A stretch of DNA of 64,000 bases from Yuukianura sp. NJ FZ-2021 (GCA_046563655.1 CM102283.1:5952001-6016000); one strand, 5' to 3'. Counted from the first letter of the stretch, positions 12,501-24,110 are shown. Made by a program: numbers and translations. The notes: generated by a model from the letters alone, not told the origin.

Positions 12501-15500
12501 TCAAACTCACTCTCAGATTCTGGTAACGTTTCGACCTCATCAGGAGCAGGATAGGCAATTGGTTCGTCTTCACCAGAAGGATGAATTGGTTCAAGTAGAA
12601 GTTCGGAATCTGAAATTTCGTTAGGATTTGTTTAAATTTTTTTTAGCTCTGAAACGACTAAAACCTCTTTGACAGATTCTGGTAAACTCTCACCCTCATT
12701 GGCTTCGGATTCAATTGGAAATTCTGTGGTTGGGAAATCGTCTGGACTGTGAAACTCCTCGTTAACGTCAAGAATTTCGTGCTCAGAAGGAATTTCAAAT
12801 TCAGCACTACTAGAATGTGGTGAAATATAGATTTGTTCTTCTACTAGGTCGTCTTCATTCACCACTTCCGTCTCCGTGTCACCTCCATGTTCAGCTTGCT
12901 TGTCAATTGAAAAGTCATCGCTGGAAGCCCATGTATAGCCAATTCCTGGACCCCCTTCATCGGAAGAGTGAATTGGTCGCAATGGAAGTTCTGAATCGGA
13001 AGCTTCTGATTGGTCAACGAACTCCTGGACTTGAATTGCGTCGGCGGGAATTTCAACCTCCGAAACGATTTCAAGCTCCTCGGCAAACTCTGATGGTGTT
13101 TGGTCCTTATCAGCTTCCGATTCAGTTGGAACTACTGGAATTGGGAAATCGTCATCAGTGGATGGTGAATGTTCGGCAGGAATTTCATACTCAGCACTTG
13201 AATACGGTGGTATCTTTTCATCTTGTTCTTCTTCTGGAATTGCTTTATCTTCTTCATTAAAATTTTCAAATTCGGTTTGACCTTGAAAATCTGCTGGCTC
13301 TTTCTCATACTCAACGTCACCACTGGAAACATCAGGGTAAACAAATACCGATTCCGCTTCGTCGGAGGGTTGCGCTGTTTCAAATGTAATTTCGGAATCA
13401 GAAATTTGTGGTAGGCCATTGACCTCATCGAGCCGAATTCCCTCGGCAGGAGTTTCAAACTCCGAAACGATTTCAACCTCCTTCAAAGGTTCTGACAGCG
13501 TTTCACTTTCAGATTCACTTGAAAATACTGGAACTTGCAAATCCCTTTGACTGTACAACTCCTCTTCGACGTCAGGAATTTCGTGTTCAGTAGTAGAAGG
13601 AGATTTTACGTAGATTTCTTCGTTCGGAATAACCGTGTCGCCGTCGTTTTCTGTCTCCGATTGTGCTTGAACGTTAAATTCTGATTGTTGTTCGTCAAAT
13701 CCAAGCTCCCCCTCATCGCCAGAAACCTCTCCAGGATAAGCAACTGCTAGTTCGTCTTCATCAAGTTGAATTGGTTCAAGTGGAAGTTCGGAATCGGCAA
13801 TTTCTGCTGGGCCATTGAACTTCTCAACCTCCGTAACGACTTCCAATTCCTTGACAGATTCCTCCGCTTTTTCGTCATCATTGGCTTCAGATTCGATGAG
13901 AAATTCTGGACCTGCGAAATCGTTCGAAAGCAAGAATTCTTCCCTGACGTCTACTGAATCGGCAGGAACGTCTGCAGGAATTTCTGGGAAGTAGACTTCT
14001 TCTGTTGGAGTTATTCTGTCCTCTTCCATTGAATTTTCAAATTGAACGTGACTCTCGTATTGTGCTGCGTCTTTACCAAACTCAACATCTCCACTGGGAA
14101 CGTCAGTATAACCAATTGCTGATCCAGCGTCATTGGCAGCTAGAGTCGGTTCAAATGGAAGTTCAGGGTCAGAAATTTCTACTGGGTCATAGACGTCTTC
14201 AAGCTGGATTGGATTGGCGGGAGTTTCAATTTCTGAAGCAACTTCAAACTCTTTCGTAGATTCTGGTAGCGTTTCGACCTCATCAGGAACAGAGTAAGCA
14301 ATTGGTACTTCGGCTTCAGAATCTGAAGGAATTTTGGACAAGTATTCTTCTGGAACAATCTTGGCGTCCTCCTTCTCATTGGAATTTTCGAATTGGGTTT
14401 GACCTGAAGATGCTGCTGGTTCTCTGTCAAAGTCAACGTCTCCACTGGAAACATAAGGATAAGGAATCGCAGGTTCATCGTCACTGGAAGGTGGACGTGG
14501 GTCAAATGAAGACTCGGAATTTGTAAGTTCTGTGGGAATTCCATAGGCGGGAGTTTCGATCTCCGAAACAACTTCAAACTCCTTGACGACTTCCACTGGA
14601 ATTTCCGATTCTGAATCAAAGTTGTCCGGTATGGTCAACTTTTCTTCAATTCGAACATCAACATTTTTGAATTTTTCGTCTGGATATCGTTTTGGTTCAA
14701 AAATTTCAACGTGCTCGGATTCTGTCACCTTCGGGACTCCATACCTATTCGGTTGTCGATTGAAGGCATTTTCAGCAGTGTCGCTTTCTAAAAATTTGGA
14801 AAGCCTCTCTGAAGTGATTCCGTAGTGGGCCAAATAGCGGTCAAATATTTCTGGTGAAATAGTTGCATGACGTGGTACATGTTCATATTCGACGTTTCTT
14901 CCGCAGTCGCTGAGGTGTGGTGGGACACATCGGCGGTAAATTCTGGAGAATAACTTGTCATCTGGACATGCGATGACAAAAGATTCCAGAACATTTCCAG
15001 ATCCCGAGAGACAAACCAAGTATTTCTTACAGTCTCCTTCGATGTAGAAGAATCCAGGATGCGAACATGCGTTGCTTAAAGTTTTCACTGGTTGAAGACA
15101 ATCCGGGTTAGAATTTAAAATTCCTTCTTTGGAGTCGCGAATCTCCTGTCCGGTTGGAAATGGAAATTCCGTTGATCTTGTCCTGGAGATTTCCTGGAAG
15201 CGACCGAGATCATCTGGATCACGGTTGGATGTACTGGAGAACCTTGATGGATCGGCTGGATTGTTGAAAATGCTGGATGTTCTTGTATCCTCTGGTGTGA
15301 ATTTGGTTCGGATAACCGATTTTTCAGCGGTTACACGACGTTCGAAGACTACTTGCGTATCCCGTTCATTGAAAAGCTGCTGCCGTTGATTAGAAAATAC
15401 TGGAATCGGACCCTGAAAAATTACAAGAATTTGAAGTTAGCACTTGTTATCCGCTTCATTGTTCAATTAGAATTAGAATTGAAACCAAATTCTGCAGAAA

Positions 15501-15644
15501 AAGTTAAGATTTTTTGTTCTCTTTTTAAATTTTTAAGGTAAACTTGATGCTTACCGCTAAAACTGGACGTTGAAGTAACGCAACAGCGATGATAAATGCT
15601 GACAGCGCGGAAAAACAAAATCGCGTGGGGTCCATCGTTGACAT
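9511..15644 (-). CDS. Secreted chitin-binding (CBM14/peritrophin-A) protein with very long acidic E/D/P/S repeat region, ~1941 aa if both repeat-derived introns are spliced
   Basis: Exons 15644-15555 (signal peptide MSTMDPTRFCFSALSAFIIAVALLQRPVLA), 15412-12694, 12609-11695, 11612-9511; frames join. Six-Cys domain CSHPGFFYIEGDCKKYLVC...CPDDKLFSRIYRRCVPPHLSDC, then repeats such as EFEVVSEIETPADGIQLEE...EISDSELP. Confidence 0.8.
9520..14640 (-). repeat. Degenerate coding tandem repeat array (units of roughly 100-130 aa with sub-modules)
   Basis: Recurring ES(V/A)KEFEVVSE(I/V)E(TPA/EFN), EISDSELP, YPDVSSGDV(D/E)F, PEFPxExE blocks across the three large ORFs. Confidence 0.9.
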
Positions 15645-16273
15645 CTCCCGAATTTTACTCAATTTATGTGACAAAATGTTTAAAAGTTAGCAGCGCTCGT
15701 GATCAACACTTCCAATTAGATTATTCGACGTTAGTTTCTTTTAAATTACAAATGTGCTCCTCCACTCGATAGCTAAGACTGACAAGGAAATGTACGAATT
15801 ACGAATCGCTTGGATTGTGAATTAAGAATCTTAAGTATGAATCCATGAGTAAGGTCAAGGAACATATAGGAATCTCAACTAAATTCTCCATCTTGAGCTC
15901 ATGATCTGTCAAAGCGGTTCTAGAACTTCCGCTTGTCATTGACAAGCGATGCTCCACATTCAAGAATTCCTTGAATGCTCAAACGCAGCGTCATTTGTAA
16001 ATCATGATTCATCATGGGAATTCGTTTCGAGAAAAAAATCACAATTTATTCGAAACTAAGAAAAGAAGCACTGAAGAATTAAAATAAATGCGTTAATCTG
16101 TCACGAGGTGATGAAATCTCTGGAAAATTAATTAACTACGAAAACTAATTTTGTCGTATCACAAAGAGTTAGACGGTCTACAAGTAGTAGTAAGTGAAAC
16201 GACTAGTGATGATTCTGATTCAGTATTCAGTCGTATTGCGCATTAAAAATGTTTAAACTAACCTGTTGTGAGT

Positions 16274-18043
16274 CTATCCTTGCTTATTTTTTAAATTGGA
16301 CATGGCTAATCCTGCTTTAGAATTTGTAGAACGATTCAGTACTTGACAAATATAGTCAGCAGTAAGAATTAGTTTTCTAAGATCAATTCCTGTTTCGATG
16401 GACATTCCATGGAGCATGTACACTACATCTTCCGTTGCGACATTCCCACTTGCTCCTTTGGCATAAGGACAACCGCCAAGGCCTGCAACGGAAGCATCCA
16501 CTGTTCCAACTCCCATCTATAACGCAATAGATGCATCAATTTTTTAAGAAACAGAATCTAAATCAGGGTTAAATACCTCAAGCGCTGTCAGGATATTAGC
16601 TAAAGCTTGACCGTAAGTGTCGTGGCAGTGAACAGCAACAACATTGGCCGGAACAACTTTCAAAACTTCTTCCAGAACTTTACGCATTGACCCCGGAGTG
16701 CCAATCCCAATTGTGTCACCAAGAGAAACTTCGTAGCATCCCATGTTGTACATTTCCTTTGTGACTTTAGCAACGACCTTGGGATCAATCTGACCTTCGT
16801 AGGGGCAACCGCATACACAAGACACGTAGCCACGGATTCGAAGGTTATGGGCTTTCGCTACTTCAACGACCTATGAACAAGAATGTACTGACTTAGCACT
16901 TTGGAATCCAAAATGTTTCATCAGCAATAGCGTTAGCAATCATAAAATATAGGTCACACTTACTTGTCTAAATCGGTTGAGCGATTCTTCAATGCTACAG
17001 TTTATGTTCTTTTGACTGAAGGACTCAGAAGCTGCACCGAATATAGCAATTTCCTTGACTCCGGCAGCGATCTACAAAAATATCACATTTTGTTCATGAA
17101 ATTACTTCGAAAACGCAACGAAAACGTTTGTTTACCGCAGCCTCTAATCCTTTTGTGTTTGGAACTAATACGGGATATGAGATTCCAGGCTTTTTGTCTA
17201 TGTCGTTAAACACTTTAGCGTGATCAGCCATTTGTGGGACCCATTTGGGAGAAACGAAACTGAAACATAAGTAAAAATACAATATAATTATTTTTGTTCC
17301 AACTAAAACACAAAATTGAATCTTACACGCCGAGAAATCTGTGCAGTACCTGGTAACTTCGATTGACTGGAGTCCTGTTTGTGACAGCCTATTGATGAAT
17401 TCGACCTTACAGGAAGTGGGAACGATAAATGATTCATTTTGCAGCCCATCTCTTGGCCCAACTTCAACGATTTTCACACGTTTCGGTACATTCGGAGTCG
17501 GTACGGCTGAGATTCCGGAAACAACCTTTTCCCATTTATACCTTTGATCAGTAAATATTACAACCACAGGTATTGGTTAATTTGGTTAATTATTAATTAA
17601 ATAAGCACCATTGCGCTTGCGCAGTAAAAGCATATCATCAGCAAGTTGCAACTTGATTATTATGAGCAACAAAACACAGTGTTATTAAGCGAAAGACTAA
17701 AGAATCCAGCAAACTTTTAAGTTTCGTGGTTATATCAATGGAAAAGCTATTGCGCAATTTGTTGAAGTAACTACATAAAAATTAACACTGAAATATCGAT
17801 GCAGCAAAAGCAGAATCTGTGTAGCGGACGTTACGGAATCGTATACGAAAAGATGTTAGTATTGCATGATTCTGAAATCTGAATTAAGCAATCTCTTCCC
17901 TACGCGTTCCTCAATTAATGTATTAGTCGTATTCTACATTTAACCGATTAAATCTTTACCTCAGTAGTGCTGCTGTATCGTCGAGCCACATGTTTGATGA
18001 AGTGGACTGCGGAAATGGGGCGGAAGGATGAGAGTAGTGACAT
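16274..18043 (-). CDS. HMGCL: Hydroxymethylglutaryl-CoA lyase, mitochondrial
   Basis: Exons 18043-17960 (presequence [28 protein letters not shown]), ~17525-17350 (acceptor uncertain), 17259-17136, 17071-16964, 16870-16577, 16516-16274. Motifs [66 protein letters not shown]. Confidence 0.95.
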
Positions 18044-18793
18044 TGTGTTGACCCTATTCTGCAATACCGATTCTCCAATATGTGGAACAACTAAAAACAA
18101 CAATTAAATTTTAGTAATTTTGGTAATTTAAAAGGCGAAAAGTGGAGACGACAACTTTTGACGTTTGTTTCTGGTAACCTCTGGAAAAGTGAACTTGAAA
18201 TTCCTGGTGAATCAGCTGAGATAAAGTAAATTGCGAAGCATTGAAATCAGCGTACATGGGCAAATTTGGCAGAGTGGAAGAAGCGTGATTGACCTTTTGA
18301 CCTTGAGCATGATATGTACTTAGCCTGTGCAAATTTGGCTTACAATCGAAATCATGAATAAAGAATGGCACCTTTCTCAACTTTGTGACGAAAATTTGAT
18401 GTGGATTTTGCAAACGCTTTTAGGAAATGTTTAAAATGCGCAGGCGCATGTCCGGGTACTCCATTCCATCGTAAACAGTTTATGGTCGTAACCATATACT
18501 GTCATCAAAAACGACTACAAACAAGGCTTGCAGCATAGCATTGGTTTCAAGCACAAAAGTTTCAAAACACTGATAAGTCAGCGCAAAAATCGCAACTGAT
18601 CATCTTATATTTACGATGCTGTAAAATAAATTTAAGTTAAATTGCTAAATTAGCAATGCGTCATGGATTGCGGACATTTTAAACCAGTCAAAACGTATAG
18701 TATAAAAACACGAGCTTCCTTGTTTTAGAATTCACAACTAAAGTTCATTTACTAAAACAGCGTCCCTTCCGTCAAATCAAAATTTGAAACAAA

Positions 18794-19223
18794 ATGGTTG
18801 CTATTCAAGCGTTGATTGTCATTGCGCTGGCTTGCAGCATGGTCCAAGTCGAAGGCTTCCTTCCAGGCCTTCCACTTCCAGCTCTTCCAATTACACACCC
18901 GATTACTCCTGGTGGTAAGCGCTAAAATTTCTTACGAAACGCTGCGAATTCATTTAGTTTTACAAGGCAAAAGTACTATAATTTGTAATTATTTTCTAGA
19001 ACTGAGCAAGATTTGTCATAACGTCAAAGAATATTGCCAGCATTTCCAAGAAAAACTAAACGAAGCTGGTTCTCACGGTGCTAAAGCAGTTCCGGACGGT
19101 GCTGTTCCAGTGAATCCATACGAACATTCGGAAAAGGTCAAGCAGCATTGTATAGACACCTTCAACAAACTTTGCCATGTTCCAAATCTTGGCAGTGACC
19201 TTTTGTATATTCCGACAGTGTAA
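18794..19223 (+). CDS. Small secreted protein of unknown function, 114 aa, 4 Cys in mature part
   Basis: Exons 18794-18914 and 19000-19223 (phase-1 GTAAG...TTCTAG); signal peptide MVAIQALIVIALACSMVQVEG; AATAAA ~19340. Confidence 0.75.
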
Positions 19224-19373
19224 ATTTTCCATCCATGGACACCACTGTATTTTCTCGGTTAACAAAAATGTAGTGAGTACAATACTTCGAGATTTCTTTA
19301 TTTGTCCTCTTCATCTAGAATTTCTTGAACAATTTAAAAAATAAACTTCCTTTTTGCTGCAAAAGTGTGTGTG

Positions 19374-20612
19374 TTAAGAATCCTTTTTAGATTCCGGTTC
19401 TACTGATGTGGCAGTTGCCTTATTTTTGTTTTTGAGGTCCGATTGACGTGATGCTCCGTCATTAGTATCATTGGATTCTTCAGCACTAGGCGTATGTGGC
19501 AGGATGTGCAGTCTAATTTCAGTTCCACTTGCCTTCTTTTGGTGAATTTTAGCTGCAGGAGTTAACAGCTTCTGAATTTCTTTGAAAACAAATTCCTGAA
19601 AGCCAAAAATTCATAGGACTTGAGTTCTTTTAAATAGCAATTCCAGATTCATAAAGCCATAGAACTTTTATAACTCACGGGATCGCCTCCACCACTGATG
19701 AATACTCGAATAGGATGGCCTTTCTCAGCCAATCGATTCAGTTGCTTGACCTTTGCTTCAAGGTCATGCTTCGAGATTTTACTAGTCAGAAGAATCGTCT
19801 TGTCTTCCTTCTTTCGTCGCTCTTTTTTGTCTTCTTCCTTGTCGCTGTCGTTTGAAGTATCGTCTTGATGAACTGTCAGTAATTAAAAAAAAAATTCAAC
19901 GGCTTACATTTAACCAGTGGACTTTTGTAAACAGTAGTTACTTACGTCTCTTTTTCCAGTCTTCTCCGAAATGTTGAGCCAGACTTTCAAACTTGTAAAC
20001 TTTTTTGTCAGAGTGCAGCTTTTTTTCCTGGTCAACTACTTCGACTAACTGGAACCCTTTTTTCCGAGCCATTTTCTCTGCGTCTGCCAATGTTGTAATA
20101 GCGATGTTCTGTGTTTCAGAAATTAGAAGTATTTTTTCAGGTTCGGCAGTTTTTCCCTTTGCTTTTCGTTTGGCAGCCTCCGAAGGATTTAAATTCGCAT
20201 CCAAGCCTGTAGTGGTGGCATGGCGTGAATACACCCTCCTGAAAAAAAAATGCAAATCAAAACCATCGGTTTATGTCACAAGTGCGTTACAGTAATAACC
20301 CACAATTCACAGCTTTTGTTTTCGTACCTTTGATTTGCGATGCAGAATTGATTGAACATAGACTTAACGGGCCCTTGGATTTCAAGTCTTCTGCTGCGTA
20401 GCAAACATATCCTTTCAATTGTTGGGAGATTTGGTCCTTGAGTTAGGCAAGCACTGCTAGAAACGTTCTTGGCGAATACCTTTGACCCGTTACGTGGGAT
20501 AGCGGAGCTAAAACACACAAAATATCTTATTTAAGAAAACTTGAATAAATGTTAAGTTTATAGCCCCCTGTGGTTCTTACCATATATTCCGGAACTGCAT
20601 TAATCTGGACAT
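19374..20612 (-). CDS. MTIF3: Mitochondrial translation initiation factor IF-3
   Basis: Exons 20612-20581, 20507-20328, 20238-19946, 19872-19679, 19595-19374. IF3 N-domain (ILLISETQNIAITTLADAEKMARKKGFQLVEV...VYK) and C-domain (SKISKHDLEAKVKQLNRLAEKGHPIRVFI); basic presequence. Confidence 0.85.
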
Positions 20613-21168
20613 ATTCTTCAAACGAAGGGCTCAAGATGAAGCAAATTGGTCGTCTTCTCTTGGACGCAGTGAGTAACGTCAGTTGCGGGGTCACCCAACA
20701 ACGAAGGAAGTTGGTGGCCAAGAGTGAGATCAAATTGTTGAACAATTTAAAAATTCAATTTGAGATTTCAGAATCGGAATTCGGTGTAATAAATAATCAA
20801 TCTTTTGTGTTTTGCATGGTTGTGTTAAAAAAAAACTGCTCTTGAGTAAAGTTTGTTTCCCGCAAAAAAACAAGAGGGTGAAGGTGAACCTAAAACATAG
20901 CGGATGATCTTTTTCGGAATCCGGACAAAGTAAATGATTTGTGTTAATTGAACGTCAATGACGCCTCATTAAATTAAGATATTACAGGTCAAGGTATAAA
21001 AGGCTCGAGAATCCTGCACAGGGCAATTTAATTTGCCAAAAAAAATTGAAAGGCGTGAATTGGAATTAAATTTTTCAAGTTTACTCAAAAGCTAGGCTAG
21101 TGGCTTGTAAAATGGATCTGTGTTGAGAATTTAAATCTTGAATCCTAAAATGTCGCTGTCTTTATTCG

Positions 21169-21997
21169 TTATTCCAGCTGCTTGTCTCGATTGATCACGA
21201 ATTCTTCAAACTGAATGATGTAATAGGTTGTGTCATTGTGCCACTGGGCAATTACTTTAGCAGGCTAGAAATATAATCAAGTTTTAGATTTAAGCGTTTA
21301 AGACATCCCGAGTAATAGATTGAATTTTCACTTACGAATCCAGATGTTTCAAGTACCCCTTCCAGAATTCCAGCGTTAAAAGCTGCACAGTTCAGTGTTC
21401 CCTTGTCTTTCGGAACCGAAATGAACCTATTCACGAGTGGTTCCTTCTCTATGATGTAGTACTGACGTGGATCGTCTGTGGAATGTTCCAATTTATCAGC
21501 TTCTTTCCCAAACAGTGTCTAAAATATTAATAGTTAATTTAATCAATGGTTTAGTTTCTTTTCATGTTTCTATTACTTTCGATTAACGTGTGTAACTCAC
21601 CTTCCAAACAACTGAACGGATAAACAGTAGAATGTGAAGTAACTTTATTTCTCGTTTATAATTTTTCTCACGAAGAATAATGAGGTCAACGACTTTCAAT
21701 CCAACTTGTTTTCCAACTTCGGCCAACCTAAACCCATAAAGACAACATTAGAAACACTGAGAATTGCTCGGAAACCCAAGAAATTGGTTACTTGTTTTGA
21801 AGCTCGGTGATGCTGTTACTTCGGTTTTGAGCATACTGGACAATCTCTGAAAATAATAGTGCGAAGGGACTTAAATGAAGTTCCGTTTTTCCTTTGCTCA
21901 GTGATTTATCGAGGATACTTGTTTTGGCTTTTGATTGATTCAGCGAAATAGTTGAACTCGGGATGGCATGTGGATCAACTTCGATTATTTTCTCCAT
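21169..21997 (-). CDS. TRAPPC5: Trafficking protein particle complex subunit 5 (Trs31)
   Basis: Exons 21997-21792, 21727-21601, 21518-21336, 21264-21169. SILDKSLSKGKTELHLSPFALLFSEIVQY, WKTLFGKEADKLE, EKEPLVNRFISVPKDKGTLNCAAFNAGILE. Confidence 0.95.
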
Positions 21998-22234
21998 CGT
22001 CAACCATTAATCGATTACTTCATGCCGATTCAACACTAGAAGTGGTAAAGAAATTTTTAAACTGACAGACACAGCACAGAGTACAATATATAAACAACAA
22101 CAGCTGATCACGCTGACACGGAACAGATCAGGTTGCAGTAAGGATTAGGTTGAGTGATTGTACCCACAGTTGGCAAATGTGTTGTACGAACGCAGCTATA
22201 GACACGCGGAAGATTTAAAATCATGGAGTAAACC

Positions 22235-22320
22235 AAACCAATCGATATCGAACTATCCTAGGATAAAGGTAAAAAACCAATCGATATCGAATTTTCCTAG
22301 GATAAAGACAAAAACCATCC
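22235..22320. repeat. 39-bp tandem repeat (~2.2 copies) with palindromic cores, between Ctr1 3' end and TRAPPC5 5' end
   Basis: aaaccaatcgatatcgaa(c/t)t(a/t)tcctaggataaag at 22235 and 22274, partial third copy at ~22312. Confidence 0.85.
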
Positions 22321-22657
22321 GATTTTTTTATTTAGAACTCAACGCTTTTGAACAAAACTTGATTTTGGACAAAAAGAATTTTAGAACGCGAAATGTAATA
22401 CATCAGATCTCAACATACTCCTTAATTTTTATTTGAATTTGCTTGTACAATTAAAGAGACTCTCGGATTGCCAGTACTTAGTCTCTTATTATCAAGAGAC
22501 AGTCAAATATAATTTTGTGATTCATTGTGCCGATATGAAGAAGACTGAAGAGAAAAGTAACGTCGCTGGATTTTGTTTCGACGAAAGAAATTAAGAATGT
22601 GGCCTTTGGTTATTGAGGGACGGGAGAATAAGGGAGGCGAATGCAGATCAGTCTTCG

Positions 22658-24110
22658 TCAGTGACAGTGTTCAGTAATGTCCACCACTAAAGACTTCTTC
22701 CAGCCGAAGAAGAAATAACCACAGCCCGCTCCAAGGATGACAGCCAGACAGAGCCAAACGTTGTACGTCATGAAGATGAGCATGAGAAGATAAGAAAGGA
22801 TCACTTGCACTACGTGCAAAACAGTCTGCCATGTATGCATCCAGCTCAGCATCTTGACCCTGGAAGTATAAACAAAAAGACGTAATTTTAAGTTCTGCGA
22901 TTTGATTTTCGAGTAAAAATCGAGAAAAATAACGGAGTTTTAGCAAAGCTTGGACTGGAAGCGGTGTATTGCGGTATGAACTAGAATGCTCAATAGTTAC
23001 TTGTAGGCGTGGTGAACGTTAGTTGAAATCGTAGTGGAACATCTCCGAACGTTCATATTGCATCCAGGAGCGTTAGCATTCAAATTGTTGTTGCTTTCAA
23101 GCTTTGCATTAGTACAGCACGAAGAAGTCTCCAGGCGTTCAGTAATCATTTCCATGTTGCTAACCGATTGGACCAGCGGAATTTGTGCCGGCGGACAGGA
23201 ACATGAGGCCCCTTGAGAAATGAAAATCGGTGTGATTTCGGGTGCCTTGAAATCTGGATCCATGGAGAACGTTTGTGCTCCAATTTCAATCCTAAATGAG
23301 CAAAGCAGGACAGGGAAGTGGAAGGAAGTTAACATAAAAGCAAGGTTTTAAGCACTCTTGCGCAAATAAGCAGTAGAATGCGAATCTTAAAGTGACTTAC
23401 TGGACCGCTTTTTGAGTTTCCTTGATAGTCCCTCCATTTTCAACTGGAATGGTCACCGTGTTGAACTGGATTGTACGGAATGACCTTCGGTAGAGATGTT
23501 CCCGGTAGAACTTAAGCGCTTCATACAGGAAGGACACGAGGAAGATCACGATCATAGACGCGATCAATGTTCCGACTTCCGTCGGTTTCCAGAATTCAAA
23601 TAGAATGGTGTCATCCAGGCCGAAGTGAAAGAACATCTTAAATTCATCCATAACAGAAACAAAATGTTAAACGAAGTCCTCAAAATCAATTTGGCCGGCT
23701 TAAATATATTGTAAGTGAAGTTCAAAGATGGAGGAGCAGGAGGAGTCACTTTGTCATGCTCAACTTTTGTAACCAAAGACAAACAAAACTCGGAGCGTTC
23801 ACTTTCAAATTCAAACAAACAATCATAAGACAAAGCGTCGTCAAGGAAACCTTGTTCATTTCAAAACTGAAACTTTTTGGGAACATTTCACATGAATTTG
23901 ACTTTGCAAATGATTTTTCTAGTTGTCATTTTAATGAATAATGAAAAATACCTTCATCATGGACATGTGAAGACTTCCGTCACCGCCATGTACATGGCCT
24001 CCATGAACGTCGACATCTAGATCGCTAGATGCACGATGCTCAACGGGTTCCGTAGACACAGATCCGCCCATATCGTGACCATCGTGACCGTGATGTTCAT
24101 GGCCTGGCAT
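22658..24110 (-). CDS. Ctr1: High-affinity copper transporter Ctr1 (SLC31A1 family)
   Basis: Exons 24110-23952 (His/Met-rich ectodomain [14 protein letters not shown]...HMSMMK), 23636-23401 (MFFHFG, TM1), 23291-23001 (optional), 22859-22658 (MLIFM = MxxxM, GxxxG, C-terminal HCH). 5' UTR acceptor at 24271; upstream non-coding exon(s) probably near 26 kb. Confidence 0.95.

Noticed and set aside
12632-12634. Stop-codon readthrough of the in-frame TAA
   Set aside because: TAA-A is a poor readthrough context, and the homologous second break has a frameshift that only splicing can fix
9520-14640. CRISPR-like or satellite array
   Set aside because: Repeats are degenerate, codon-preserving protein repeats in a eukaryotic gene
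9511-15088. Three separate genes or a pseudogene (ORFs 9511-11526, 11654-12160, 12632-15088)
   Set aside because: Downstream ORFs lack signal peptides and join in frame through GT-AG introns
17545-17645. C/D snoRNA-like TGATGA...CTGA on the minus strand in HMGCL intron 1
   Set aside because: No convincing rRNA guide next to the D box, very short terminal stem, overlaps the likely branch point
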